IMG/VR virus record: IMGVR_UViG_3300028025_002046
Location: 30,589-94,588 of that record
DNA length: 64,000 bases
DNA from: a virus
Reading direction: 5' to 3' (one strand)
Shown: piece by piece, positions 11,502 to 20,266 of the stretch
Numbering within the stretch: the first letter of the stretch is position 1
Layout: every line of letters starts with the position of its first letter
Notes under the pieces: model-generated
Databases searched by the model: none
Told to the model about the DNA's origin: nothing
What the model saw: the letters and a program-made list of their open reading frames with translations, nothing else
Translations under genes and position numbers: made by a program

Positions 11502-11547
11502 TGAGCCTTAGCAAATAAACGAGTAATCGGTGAGCCTAAGCAAATAA
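11502..11547 (+). ncRNA. Candidate cis-regulatory RNA, copy 1 of a 46-nt element
   Basis: Identical to 13221-13266 except two mutually compensatory changes; lies between promoter 11459 and ORF 11580. Confidence 0.5.
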
Positions 11548-11579
11548 GTTCCACTAACAAAAAAAGAAATGAGAAATAA

Positions 11580-11843
11580 ATGAACATCAACGAAATTCGC
11601 GAACAAGGTATCGGTTCAAACTTCAAGGTTATCAACCAAGCAGACGGATACCAAAAGAATAACCGCCTATGGTTTGGTGAGTGTGTTGAGTGTGGTGAGA
11701 GAGTAACCAATTCAAACCTAAAAGGTGTTTGGGTTCACACAATAATCTTAGAGCGTGACGGCTTGTCTACTAGGTCTAGAGATGTTGATTACTGCCCTAC
11801 CGCTCAAATTCAGGGTAACCTAGTTCAAGAGATTTCAATCTAG
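11580..11843 (+). CDS. Hypothetical protein with CxxC
   Basis: ORF track; downstream of promoter 11459. Confidence 0.65.
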   Translation: MNINEIREQGIGSNFKVINQADGYQKNNRLWFGECVECGERVTNSNLKGVWVHTIILERDGLSTRSRDVDYCPTAQIQGNLVQEISI

Positions 11844-11905
11844 GCAAAAACTTTTTGCGACACGCCAGGGATAACTTGACAAATCGCAAAAATTTTGGTA
11901 CCCGA

Positions 11906-11921
11906 TCGAACACTTGTTCGA
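11906..11921. promoter_or_regulatory. Perfect actinobacterial LexA (SOS) box
   Basis: TCGAAC-ACTT-GTTCGA matches TCGAAC-N4-GTTCGA. Confidence 0.75.
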
Positions 11922-12020
11922 ATGTAACGATTAGGTTACGGAAGCTCAGAAACACCCCTAAATCTAACTAAAATGTCAGACCCCCCTGTTACAATGAATA
12001 CATAAACGAAAGGCAAACTA

Positions 12021-12170
12021 ATGAAAAGAATTCACACAGTAATGGCGTTCCTACCAAACAAGAAGAAGGTTATTGACCTAACCTATGACGCAGACAATTT
12101 TACAGTAGAGCAAGCAATCAAGTCTGTGGAAGACAAGGGCTTGACAGTAATTTCGGTTTACACAAACTAA
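12021..12170 (+). CDS. 49-aa hypothetical microprotein
   Basis: GAAAGG RBS; own promoter 11974. Confidence 0.6.
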   Translation: MKRIHTVMAFLPNKKKVIDLTYDADNFTVEQAIKSVEDKGLTVISVYTN

Positions 12171-12217
12171 AATGTCTGACCCTACTGCTAAAATGAAATC
12201 AAACGAAAGGAAGTCAA

Positions 12218-12340
12218 ATGGCTAACTACAATGTTGCGAGATACAACGAACTAATGAGAATTGCTAAGAGCAACGAATTTATGTCTGAAAGCGAATTCAA
12301 CGAATTGGTTGGAATAATGAAAATTAGGGGATACCACTAA
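12218..12340 (+). CDS. 40-aa microprotein (paralog of 10141-10263)
   Basis: MANYNVARYNELMRIAKSNEFMSESEFNELVGIMKIRGYH, 32/40 identical. Confidence 0.75.
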   Translation: MANYNVARYNELMRIAKSNEFMSESEFNELVGIMKIRGYH

Positions 12341-12411
12341 AATGGAATTCCTATCCCTAGCCCTAATCGCTTTCGCAATCTATCTATTTATCAATCAGTA
12401 AAGGAAATCAA

Positions 12412-12612
12412 ATGTCTGTAACTATCAAGCGTAATGTAATTCTATCGGTTCTAGCAACCATCTTCTTCTTCGTGGCTAAGTCTGGTCTTGATGAAATGGC
12501 TAAGTCTGGTCTTGACGGCTTGGGAATGTTCCCTTTCCTAATCGGTGGCTTTGGCTTTCTAGGCTTCTCTATCGGTCTGGTTATTCGTCTATGGGGGAAT
12601 GAGAAAGAGTAG
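12412..12612 (+). CDS. Small two-TM membrane protein
   Basis: Two hydrophobic segments; internal duplication AKSGLD x2. Confidence 0.6.
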   Translation: MSVTIKRNVILSVLATIFFFVAKSGLDEMAKSGLDGLGMFPFLIGGFGFLGFSIGLVIRLWGNEKE

Positions 12613-12615
12613 GAG

Positions 12616-12645
12616 TTATCCACACCCTACCCCAAGTTATCCACA
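12616..12645 (+). promoter_or_regulatory. DnaA box pair (12616, 12637)
   Basis: TTATCCACA twice, 21-bp period. Confidence 0.75.
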
Positions 12646-12656
12646 GGGGGTACCCC

Positions 12657-12724
12657 CCGAACACTTGTTCGAATTTACGTAGCTTACGTAGCTCCCCCCC
12701 AGCTTTTTTCGAACAAAAGATCGA
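12657..12724. promoter_or_regulatory. Two LexA boxes, 1 mismatch each
   Basis: CCGAACACTTGTTCGA 12657-12672; TCGAACAAAAGATCGA 12709-12724. Confidence 0.65.
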
Positions 12725-12838
12725 ATGTAACGAATTGGTAACAAAATGCGACACACCCCCTAAAAGCCTATAAAAACTAACTAAAATGTCAGACCCCCCT
12801 GCTATGCTTACTATGTAAGCAAAAGAAATGAGAAATAA

Positions 12839-12967
12839 ATGAAATACCTACTAAGCCCAGCCGAATCAGCAAAGTTTCCTTGCGACCTTTGTGGCAAGCC
12901 AGCAACTAACGCCTATGTAATGCGTTCAGGATTCGTTCGTTACAATTGTAATCGCTGTGTGTCGTAA
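12839..12967 (+). CDS. 42-aa zinc-ribbon microprotein
   Basis: LSPAES..FPCDLCGKPA...SGFVRYNCNRC. Confidence 0.7.
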   Translation: MKYLLSPAESAKFPCDLCGKPATNAYVMRSGFVRYNCNRCVS

Positions 12968-13028
12968 CGCTAAAATGTCTTACCCTAATGCTAAAATAAA
13001 TTATCAAACAAAAAGAAAGAGCAACTAA

Positions 13029-13208
13029 ATGCCAAAGCCAAGAATGACCAAAGCCGAAAAAGCAATCGTGAAAGCGGTGAACGCAATTGTGTTCGCAAAT
13101 CCAGAAATCCGTAATGGCGGAAAATTCCTAGACAGAGCCGCTTTCCAAAAGTTGCCAGACCAGACCCAGAAAATCTATCTGGATTTGGTAATCAACAAAA
13201 CATTCTAA
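13029..13208 (+). CDS. 59-aa basic hypothetical protein
   Basis: Manual translation MPKPRMTKAEKAIVK...; own promoter 12976. Confidence 0.6.
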   Translation: MPKPRMTKAEKAIVKAVNAIVFANPEIRNGGKFLDRAAFQKLPDQTQKIYLDLVINKTF

Positions 13209-13220
13209 AACCAAATGGCG

Positions 13221-13266
13221 TGAGCCTGAGCAAATAAACGAGTAATCGGTGAGCCTCAGCAAATAA
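13221..13266 (+). ncRNA. Candidate cis-regulatory RNA, copy 2 of a 46-nt element
   Basis: TGAGCCTGAGCAAATAAACGAGTAATCGGTGAGCCTCAGCAAATAA, intergenic. Confidence 0.5.
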
Positions 13267-13287
13267 AGCCCTAACGAAAGGAAAACT

Positions 13288-13449
13288 ATGACAGCCAAAG
13301 AAAAAATCGAATTGCTTACTCGCAAGCACGAAAGAGGTTTGGTTATCTCTAACCTCTACTCTGCCATTCTCGCCTGTGATGAGGATGCCGATGAATGTGA
13401 TGTTTGTCTAGGCTTGAAATACGCAATTCAGCGGATAGAGAAAATGTAG
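13288..13449 (+). CDS. 53-aa hypothetical protein
   Basis: GAAAGGA RBS; manual translation. Confidence 0.6.
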   Translation: MTAKEKIELLTRKHERGLVISNLYSAILACDEDADECDVCLGLKYAIQRIEKM

Positions 13450-13479
13450 TTATCCACAGGTAACCAAAAGTTATCCACA
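13450..13479 (+). promoter_or_regulatory. DnaA box pair (13450, 13471)
   Basis: TTATCCACA twice, 21-bp period. Confidence 0.75.
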
Positions 13480-13573
13480 GGGCGTACCCACCCCCCTAGA
13501 TCATTTACGTAACCAATTAAATACCCCCCAGATTATTTCCCATAATGTCCGACCCCCTTGTTATACTTATCGT

Positions 13574-13717
13574 ATGAACGATAAGACGACTTGCTACCAC
13601 TGCCAGAAGAACAACACCTACGCTTTGGCTACCCTAAAAAATGGCAATGTTATGCGTGTGTGTAACCTATGCTCATTTTACCTTGACGACCTAATCACCA
13701 ACCTAGTAATTCTCTAA
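13574..13717 (+). CDS. 47-aa Zn-finger microprotein, leaderless
   Basis: CYHC...CNLC; ATG 7 nt after TATACT. Confidence 0.6.
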   Translation: MNDKTTCYHCQKNNTYALATLKNGNVMRVCNLCSFYLDDLITNLVIL

Positions 13718-13881
13718 GAAAGGAAAATCCCTATGGATGACGACTATGTAGAATATGATGAGTGCTATGAAGAGCCAGGTGACTTCTTTTCATAGCACCA
13801 CCCTTCGGGGGGTACCCCCAGCTCCGCTGGGTCGTTTACGTTAAGAAGTATAATGTCTGACCCCCCTGCTATACTTGAGGT

Positions 13882-14073
13882 ATGAATTCACGAAAGGCTA
13901 ACTCTATGACCACTCCTAACCCTAACCCTAATGTCGTTGGCTATGTCTGCGTTTACTGCCAGAAACTCTACCTGCCAGAAGAAACCATCTGCCTAGATTG
14001 TAACGAGTATGACGGAATGGTGGCTCTAACCAAGAACATCTTGGCTATGTTTGCTGACCCTGTTGTTTCATAA
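13882..14073 (+). CDS. Zn-ribbon hypothetical protein
   Basis: CVYC...CLDCNEYDG. Confidence 0.65.
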   Translation: MNSRKANSMTTPNPNPNVVGYVCVYCQKLYLPEETICLDCNEYDGMVALTKNILAMFADPVVS

Positions 14074-14128
14074 TGTCTGTGGCTACTGCTAAACTTACCC
14101 TATAAACCCTATCGAAAGGCTATCCCCT

Positions 14129-14224
14129 ATGTGCGATTGCGAAGACCGTCCTTGCTGTGGCTGCTACTCTATGGCTGACCTATACTCCAACTCTGGAGAC
14201 CCCTATGACCCTAACAACTGGTAG
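14129..14224 (+). CDS. 31-aa Cys-rich micropeptide
   Basis: MCDCEDRPCCGC; GAAAGG RBS; own promoter 14074. Confidence 0.55.
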   Translation: MCDCEDRPCCGCYSMADLYSNSGDPYDPNNW

Positions 14225-14329
14225 GTAACTACCCCCCCTGGGGGGTACCCCCAGATCTAGCTCTTTTACGTTAAGAACTATAATGTCCTACCCCCAATGT
14301 ATAATTGTATTATCAACGAAAGGTAAACT

Positions 14330-14596
14330 ATGTTAGAAATCGCATTTGGAATGAAGCAGGTTCAGAAGAACTCAACCGAGAACCCTATGGTCGCTATGAT
14401 GGCTCTGGAACTGGAAGACACTCGCAACAACCTAAGCGAAGATGAGTTTTTAGAGTTTCTTGCTAAGTTTGCTCTCTCTATCTCTGCTATGGCTATCTCT
14501 CAAACTGTTCAGTTGTGTCTTGATGAAACCACGCAAGATGAGTTGGAGAAAACCATTTTGGAACTAATGGAAATGGAAGATTTAGGTAAGGAGTAA
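14330..14596 (+). CDS. Acidic helical hypothetical protein
   Basis: ORF track; own promoter and RBS. Confidence 0.7.
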   Translation: MLEIAFGMKQVQKNSTENPMVAMMALELEDTRNNLSEDEFLEFLAKFALSISAMAISQTVQLCLDETTQDELEKTILELMEMEDLGKE

Positions 14597-14735
14597 TCTC
14601 CTACCCCCGAAAGGGGGTACGCCCAGCTCCGCAGGGCTGGTTTACGTAGCTAATTAAAAAGCTCCCAAACCTTTTTGCTAAAATGTCAGACCCCCTTGCT
14701 ATAATTGTATTATCAACCAAAAGAAATGAGAAATA

Positions 14736-14936
14736 ATGAACGACACTCCGCTAGTAATCCGCTCTAATGAAGTTGTAAACAACCTACGAGATGAGAAACT
14801 AAACTACGACACCTCCTACGCAAAAGCGTTTGGTGCTTGCTGGGGAGTAATGACCGACGAGCAACGACTAATCGTTTTGGAATACTCGCAACGCCAAGCA
14901 ATAATTATCAACACACTAGGAGAAGAAATAAACTAA
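14736..14936 (+). CDS. Hypothetical protein
   Basis: ORF track; own promoter 14684. Confidence 0.65.
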   Translation: MNDTPLVIRSNEVVNNLRDEKLNYDTSYAKAFGACWGVMTDEQRLIVLEYSQRQAIIINTLGEEIN

Positions 14937-15115
14937 TGATGACACGCAAAGACTATGTAGCAACCGCAGAAATTCTAAATTCTTATGTTCACAATTTAGA
15001 CGCTCCAATTTTTGATTGCCTAGTTCAAGATTTTGTGGCTATGTTCGCAGAAGATAACGACCGCTTTCTAATTGATAAGTTTGAAGACGCTTGTTGGGGA
15101 ACGGCTAGGGAGTAA
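14936..15115 (+). CDS. Conserved phage hypothetical protein (MTRKDY...DNxRF...F..AC family)
   Basis: Start overlaps upstream stop; recognisable motif. Confidence 0.7.
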   Translation: MMTRKDYVATAEILNSYVHNLDAPIFDCLVQDFVAMFAEDNDRFLIDKFEDACWGTARE

Positions 15116-15224
15116 TCCCTGCTCCCCTGGGGGTACGCCCCCACCCCTAGCTCGTTTACGTAACGCATTAAATTTACCCTAGATTTATTCCTAAAATGTC
15201 TTACCCCTGATGTATAATAAAACT

Positions 15225-15395
15225 ATGAAGAAAAAGAAACCACCACTAGGCAAGGTCGCCAACGCTACTCGCAAGGCTCACGCCAAGGAATTGTTCCAGA
15301 GCCTTTTACTCAACAAGCACTTAGTCGTTACCCCTGCCAACCGCAAGGGTTCACGACAGAGCAACAACCAAAAAGCAATTAGGGAGAGTTACTAA
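15225..15395 (+). CDS. Basic leaderless microprotein
   Basis: ATG 7 nt after TATAAT; K/R rich. Confidence 0.6.
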   Translation: MKKKKPPLGKVANATRKAHAKELFQSLLLNKHLVVTPANRKGSRQSNNQKAIRESY

Positions 15396-15700
15396 TGGAT
15401 GAACTATTTATTGTAATCAACGACAAGGGATACGCTGTTGAGATGTGTCTTACCGAGCAAGAAGCGTTAGAGTGGATTGCTAAATTTGGTAACAAAAACT
15501 ATTCTATCGATTTGGATGTGGTGTGCTAATGAAAGTTTATGTAGTTATTGAGACTTGTTGTATGCACTTTTGTGGAGTATACAAGGACAAGGCTGAGGCT
15601 GATGCCTATGCCGAAGAGAATGACTATTCCGTCTATGAGTATGACCTTTAGTGTCATACCCTCACGCTATAATTGAAACACCCTAACGAAAGAGAAACTA

Positions 15701-16168
15701 ATGAAAGCAATTATCGAATCTAACTGTGTTTGTGAACCAGACGAAGAAAACCCTGAAAGCCTAAATTGCTACGGTGACTGCTGGGAATGGCAGAAAGAAG
15801 ACGTTCAGTGGATTATCGGTGAATGGGCAACTAAGAATGAAGTAGCCGAAGGACAGCCAATTCTAATTACTGGCACAAACATGAACTGGAACCATGTTTC
15901 AGGCTGGGCAACCGCAACACCAGAAACCATTCTCGATAAACTAACCTTGAACGGTGATTTTAGTTTAGAGTTTGACTTTGACCCTGATGAAAATACTTTC
16001 AATGTTGTTCGTCGTTCTCACGATGAAATGGGAGCGTTGTTTACTTTTGTAATCATGGAGCCATGCAACCAGTGTGGAGTAGGAATTCCACGAGAGATTT
16101 ATAACGAAGAACTAGGCATGTGTCTTGAATGTTCAAATGCTTACTTCAACCATGAGGATGAAGAATGA
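15701..16168 (+). CDS. Acidic hypothetical protein with C-terminal Zn finger
   Basis: ORF track; promoter 15652. Confidence 0.7.
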   Translation: MKAIIESNCVCEPDEENPESLNCYGDCWEWQKEDVQWIIGEWATKNEVAEGQPILITGTNMNWNHVSGWATATPETILDKLTLNGDFSLEFDFDPDENTFNVVRRSHDEMGALFTFVIMEPCNQCGVGIPREIYNEELGMCLECSNAYFNHEDEE

Positions 16169-16324
16169 TAGAGTTTGGAGTTATCCTAATAGCGATAGGT
16201 TTGGTTATCCTACTGAATCAGTAGATACCCCCCGAAAGGGGGTACGCCCTATCGATCAGCTGCTTTACGTAGCCATAATGTCAGACCCTAAATGTATAAT
16301 GGTATTATCAAAGAAAAGGAAACT

Positions 16325-17044
16325 ATGTCACTCATTCGCTCTAAAGACCGTAAAGTTGCTAACCAAGTAAACAAGGCTGGCAGTCAGGCTTCAATGGCTA
16401 ACACTTTTGGATTACCTAGTGGCAAGGCTTTTTCCTGCCCTGGGGCTACCTCGGTTTGTGAGACTATTTGTTACGCTGGCAAACTTGAAAAGGTATTCAA
16501 GGGTGTTCGCAATGTTTTGGTATCTAACTATGAGCAACTACTGGCAACCGATACTCTAGGCATGATTGCTTTGATTGACGAAATGATTCAAGACTTCAAG
16601 CAGGAATGTGAAAAGCGTAATGCCGATAAGTTATTCCGTATTCACTGGGACGGAGACTTCTTTAGCGAGGACTACACTAGAGCATGGAATTTTGTTATCC
16701 GCCTAAACCCTGATGTTCAATTCTGGGCTTACACTCGTTCAGACTTTGCTGTTCCAATTCTAATTGACATTCCTAACCTAGCCCTATACTTCTCTGCTGA
16801 TTCTGCTAACAAGACTTTGGCATGGGAACTAAAGCGTAAGTATGGTGTGAAACTTGCTTACCTCGCCAAAGACTTTGCTACAGGCAAGAGTGACTTCAAT
16901 GAGCAACAGGAAAAGTCTGCTGTTCCCTGCCCTGAAAACAACAAGAAGATTCCAATGATTAGCGAAAAGGGCAGTGCTTGCGTGATGTGTTCGCAGTGTG
17001 TGTTTGCTCGCAATGACATTCTGTTTAGTGCTACTAAAAAGTAG
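16325..17044 (+). CDS. Phage Gp88-like (radical-SAM-related) protein
   Basis: FGLP.G..FSCPGAT..C...CYA; FRIHWDGDFF; FWAYTR; CP...C..C..C. Confidence 0.75.
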   Translation: MSLIRSKDRKVANQVNKAGSQASMANTFGLPSGKAFSCPGATSVCETICYAGKLEKVFKGVRNVLVSNYEQLLATDTLGMIALIDEMIQDFKQECEKRNADKLFRIHWDGDFFSEDYTRAWNFVIRLNPDVQFWAYTRSDFAVPILIDIPNLALYFSADSANKTLAWELKRKYGVKLAYLAKDFATGKSDFNEQQEKSAVPCPENNKKIPMISEKGSACVMCSQCVFARNDILFSATKK

Positions 17045-17264
17045 TGCTAGGCAGGGTACCCCCCACCCCATAGCTGCTTTACGTTACGATGCTAAAATGT
17101 CCTACCCCCCCTGTATAATATATACATAAGCAGGAAACGCAGCCCCCAAACAGAAAAAAATAATTGAACAAGTTTGAAAAATGTGCTTGACAATCTCCTG
17201 CTTATGCCTTATAATAGATACATAAGCAAAAATGTTTATGTAAACCGAATAGAAAGAAGCAAAA

Positions 17265-17411
17265 ATGACCGAAGTTACTGTTGGCTCACAGTTCGCAACC
17301 CAGAAGTCTGGCGTTGTTGGTATTGTTCAGGAAGTTGTAATCAACAAGAACGGCTCTCAGCGTGTTCGCCTTGATGTAAACGGAACTGACCGCTGGACTA
17401 CTGTAAAGTAA
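17265..17411 (+). CDS. 48-aa small beta-barrel (SH3-like) protein
   Basis: MTEVTVGSQFATQKSGVVGIVQEV...RVRLDVNGTDRWTTVK. Confidence 0.6.
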   Translation: MTEVTVGSQFATQKSGVVGIVQEVVINKNGSQRVRLDVNGTDRWTTVK

Positions 17412-17417
17412 TTCACC

Positions 17418-17445
17418 AATCCTGAGTATGATTTCAAACTGCTCA
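17418..17445 (+). ncRNA. H-type pseudoknot motif copy
   Basis: aatc-c-tgagta-t-gatt-tcaaac-tgctca; covaries with five other copies. Confidence 0.6.
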
Positions 17446-17574
17446 CAACATTGTAAATAGGTTCGTTATCCATAATTGTGGCTCGTAGAGATAACCAATA
17501 AGCACCCACTCCCTATCTATAATGTCTTACCCCCACGCTATAATAGAGTTACAACCCAAACAAAGGAAGATAAA

Positions 17575-18012
17575 ATGGCAAGAGCCGTATCAGTAAAAAT
17601 CCCAACTATCAAAGTCATTGAGATGATTGAGAACAAGTTGGCAGAGATGAACAAGGTAGTCAAGGAATACCCTGCCCTACTAGCAACCTACAACAAGGCT
17701 AACAAGGAATACACCAAAGCCCTTGCTGAGTTGGTTGGCAAGAACTCTAACAAGATTGTTGCTTATCGTGATTTCGATTGGACTAGCGACCAGATTGCTC
17801 TGTCTAGCGACTATCGTGGCTCTGCCCAGATTTATGTTGGCAAGGGTCTAACAAGCAAGATTGGCGACAAGCCAGAAAAGCCAGAAGACCCAGACAACTA
17901 CACTTTCAAGCAGAACTTAGAGCAGTTGGAAAAGACCTTGAAGTTGCTTCGTATGACCGAACAGGAAAGCGTTTCTGCCTCAACCTACAACTCTGTCTTA
18001 GACCTAATCTAA
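17575..18012 (+). CDS. Coiled-coil hypothetical protein
   Basis: AAGGA RBS before ATG 17575; promoter 17523. Confidence 0.75.
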   Translation: MARAVSVKIPTIKVIEMIENKLAEMNKVVKEYPALLATYNKANKEYTKALAELVGKNSNKIVAYRDFDWTSDQIALSSDYRGSAQIYVGKGLTSKIGDKPEKPEDPDNYTFKQNLEQLEKTLKLLRMTEQESVSASTYNSVLDLI

Positions 18013-18017
18013 GATAA

Positions 18018-18126
18018 GCACCTAAGCAAGTGTCTAAAAGGCTTAGTAAACACCTTACTCTCTGTTGCTCGCAAGGGTATTCATAATAAGGTTTTTATAC
18101 ACCTAAGCAAGTGTCTAAACTGCTTA
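18018..18126 (+). ncRNA. Two H-type pseudoknot motif copies (18018-18046, 18099-18126)
   Basis: gcac-ctaagcaa-gtgt-ctaaaag-gcttag and acac-c-taagca-a-gtgt-ctaaac-tgctta. Confidence 0.6.
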
Positions 18127-18127
18127 C

Positions 18128-18174
18128 AATCCCCCTGTGAAGTATCTGGATAGATACTGGTTAGCAGGGGGATT
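18128..18174 (+). terminator. Long GC-rich hairpin
   Basis: aatccccctg...cagggggatt enclosing agtatct/agatact. Confidence 0.5.
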
Positions 18175-18281
18175 CTTGCTACCCCAGGAGCTGGGGGTAC
18201 CCCCCCTACCCACTAAGCCCTTTACGTTATAATGTCTTACCCCCCTGTTATAATTGACCTATCACAAAGAAAAGGAAAACT

Positions 18282-18509
18282 ATGAAACACGAAACAACCC
18301 TTTACACCTACACCAACAAAGCCTATGTTACTGAGTATGGCGATTTCGCAGCCGAAGGCTCTTGCCTTACTTTTGATTCTTCACTACTCTCTAACTCACA
18401 ATGGCAGTTAGTAGATGAGTTGCCAGATTCACAAAAGTTTGAGTATGTCTTGGCTATCCTTGACGGAGAAGAAGATGTTATTCGTGAGATTGAAAGCGAG
18501 AATAAATAA
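18282..18509 (+). CDS. Acidic hypothetical protein
   Basis: ORF track; promoter 18233. Confidence 0.7.
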   Translation: MKHETTLYTYTNKAYVTEYGDFAAEGSCLTFDSSLLSNSQWQLVDELPDSQKFEYVLAILDGEEDVIREIESENK

Positions 18510-18970
18510 TGTTTGATGATGTAATCGCTATGGACATAGTGGAACAACTAACCGAAGAACAACTAGACCAACTAATCGCAATACTAGAAGGAGCAGGTTA
18601 CTAATGTTTATTCCAAACTTAGCAATACTACTAGACGAAATCAAACAGGCAGAGAAATCTTCCAAACTTGAAGGTGTTGTGTCTTACGCTAGTGGCTATG
18701 AAGATGGCTTGCGTATGGCATTAGACATTTTGGAAGGAAGGGTAGAGTAATGGAAAAGATTACTGTTAGTCTTAGGTTTGAATACTACCCTGAAGAAGAC
18801 CACGCAGAATTGTTTGAAGACATGACTGAAGATGAAATGATTCGCTATGCTAAAGAAATGGCTTGTGAAGATATAGTCAGTGGAGATGTTTGGGAATGGC
18901 TAGAAGTTTCGGTAGAGTAAAATGTCAGACCCTACCAGTATAATTAGACTATCAACGAAAGGAAACACTA

Positions 18971-19462
18971 ATGGGAACTCGTAATCTAACTAAGGTAATT
19001 GACAAAGACGGAGTAACTAAGGTTGCTCAATACGGACAATGGGACGGCTACCCTAGCGGACAGGGTATCAACGCTCTTCTACACGCCTACAATCACAGGC
19101 AGATTGAAAGCAAGTTGCCTAGACTACACTTTCTAACCGACAGCGAGATTGAGAACATCAACTCACTACTATCGGCAAGCGGACAGCCAATTAGCGAAGT
19201 CTATCCTACCCTATCTCGTGATACCTGTGCGGACATTCTAGGCTATGTCGCTTGGTCTAATGATGTATTCCTAGTGGATAGTAGCGACTTTGAGAATGAC
19301 GAATTGTTTTGTGAAGCAGTTTACACGCTAGACTTTCAAAAGAAAAAGTTTATCTCTACTTATGGTGGACACACCTTAGAGTTTGAGTTGGACGACCTAC
19401 CAGAACCGAAAGAGTTTTTGGCAGATTGGGCGTATGAACTAAATCCTGGTGTGGTGGGCTAA
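18971..19462 (+). CDS. Conserved phage hypothetical protein (MGTR...YxxWDGYP family)
   Basis: Recognisable motif; own promoter 18923. Confidence 0.75.
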   Translation: MGTRNLTKVIDKDGVTKVAQYGQWDGYPSGQGINALLHAYNHRQIESKLPRLHFLTDSEIENINSLLSASGQPISEVYPTLSRDTCADILGYVAWSNDVFLVDSSDFENDELFCEAVYTLDFQKKKFISTYGGHTLEFELDDLPEPKEFLADWAYELNPGVVG

Positions 19463-19559
19463 CGCTCACCCCTAGGGGGTACCGCCCAAGATCCAAGCTG
19501 TTTACGACTATAATGTCAGACCCCCAATGTATAATGGAACTATCAACGAAAGGGAAACA

Positions 19560-19721
19560 ATGAGCGAGTATGTAGCAGTAGACATTTATGACCGTATGGA
19601 GGCTAACGCCAACGACCTTGGTGGTAGCGTTGAGGAAGACCTAGCAGAGATTCTTGCGTCTGGTGACCTAAGTGCTTTTGAAGACTACTTTGGCGACACA
19701 GACCCATTTGAATTCCTATAA
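19560..19721 (+). CDS. Very acidic microprotein
   Basis: RBS before ATG 19560; D/E rich. Confidence 0.6.
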   Translation: MSEYVAVDIYDRMEANANDLGGSVEEDLAEILASGDLSAFEDYFGDTDPFEFL

Positions 19722-19767
19722 TGTCCTACCCCACCTGTATAATAGAAACATCAACGAAAGGTAAAGA

Positions 19768-20247
19768 ATGAACGAGAATGAAAACACAGATAACATTGGC
19801 AATTTTGGTGAGTATAATGCTGTTCCTGTTGAACCAATAGTCCACCCTTCCCTAGCAAAATTGTATGACGAGATTGCTGACCTAAAAGAAAAGTTGGTTC
19901 ACTCAACTACCATTGCGAGCGAAGCACAAACTCGTTTGCGTGAACAGCAGAGCGAGTATCGTGAGAACGAGGGCAAACTTCAAGACATTCTAATTGAAGC
20001 ACTTGGAGATGAAGAAATTGACAAAGATGTAGCAGACAAGATTGCCGAACTCTATGGTCTTGACCTACGCAAGGTATTCTCTATCAACATTCAGGTTGTT
20101 GTAAATGTTGAAGTGTCTGCTCCTGTTGGAACTGACCCTAGCGACATTGTAGATAATGTTGGCTTTGGCTATGGCGGTATCACCTACTCTGGTATTGGTG
20201 ATTTGGAAAGCGACCATTGGGAAATTGACGACTGGGAAGAAGTGTAG
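19768..20247 (+). CDS. Acidic coiled-coil hypothetical protein
   Basis: ORF track; promoter 19722. Confidence 0.7.
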   Translation: MNENENTDNIGNFGEYNAVPVEPIVHPSLAKLYDEIADLKEKLVHSTTIASEAQTRLREQQSEYRENEGKLQDILIEALGDEEIDKDVADKIAELYGLDLRKVFSINIQVVVNVEVSAPVGTDPSDIVDNVGFGYGGITYSGIGDLESDHWEIDDWEEV

Positions 20248-20266
20248 GGTAAACCTTTCCCCTACC

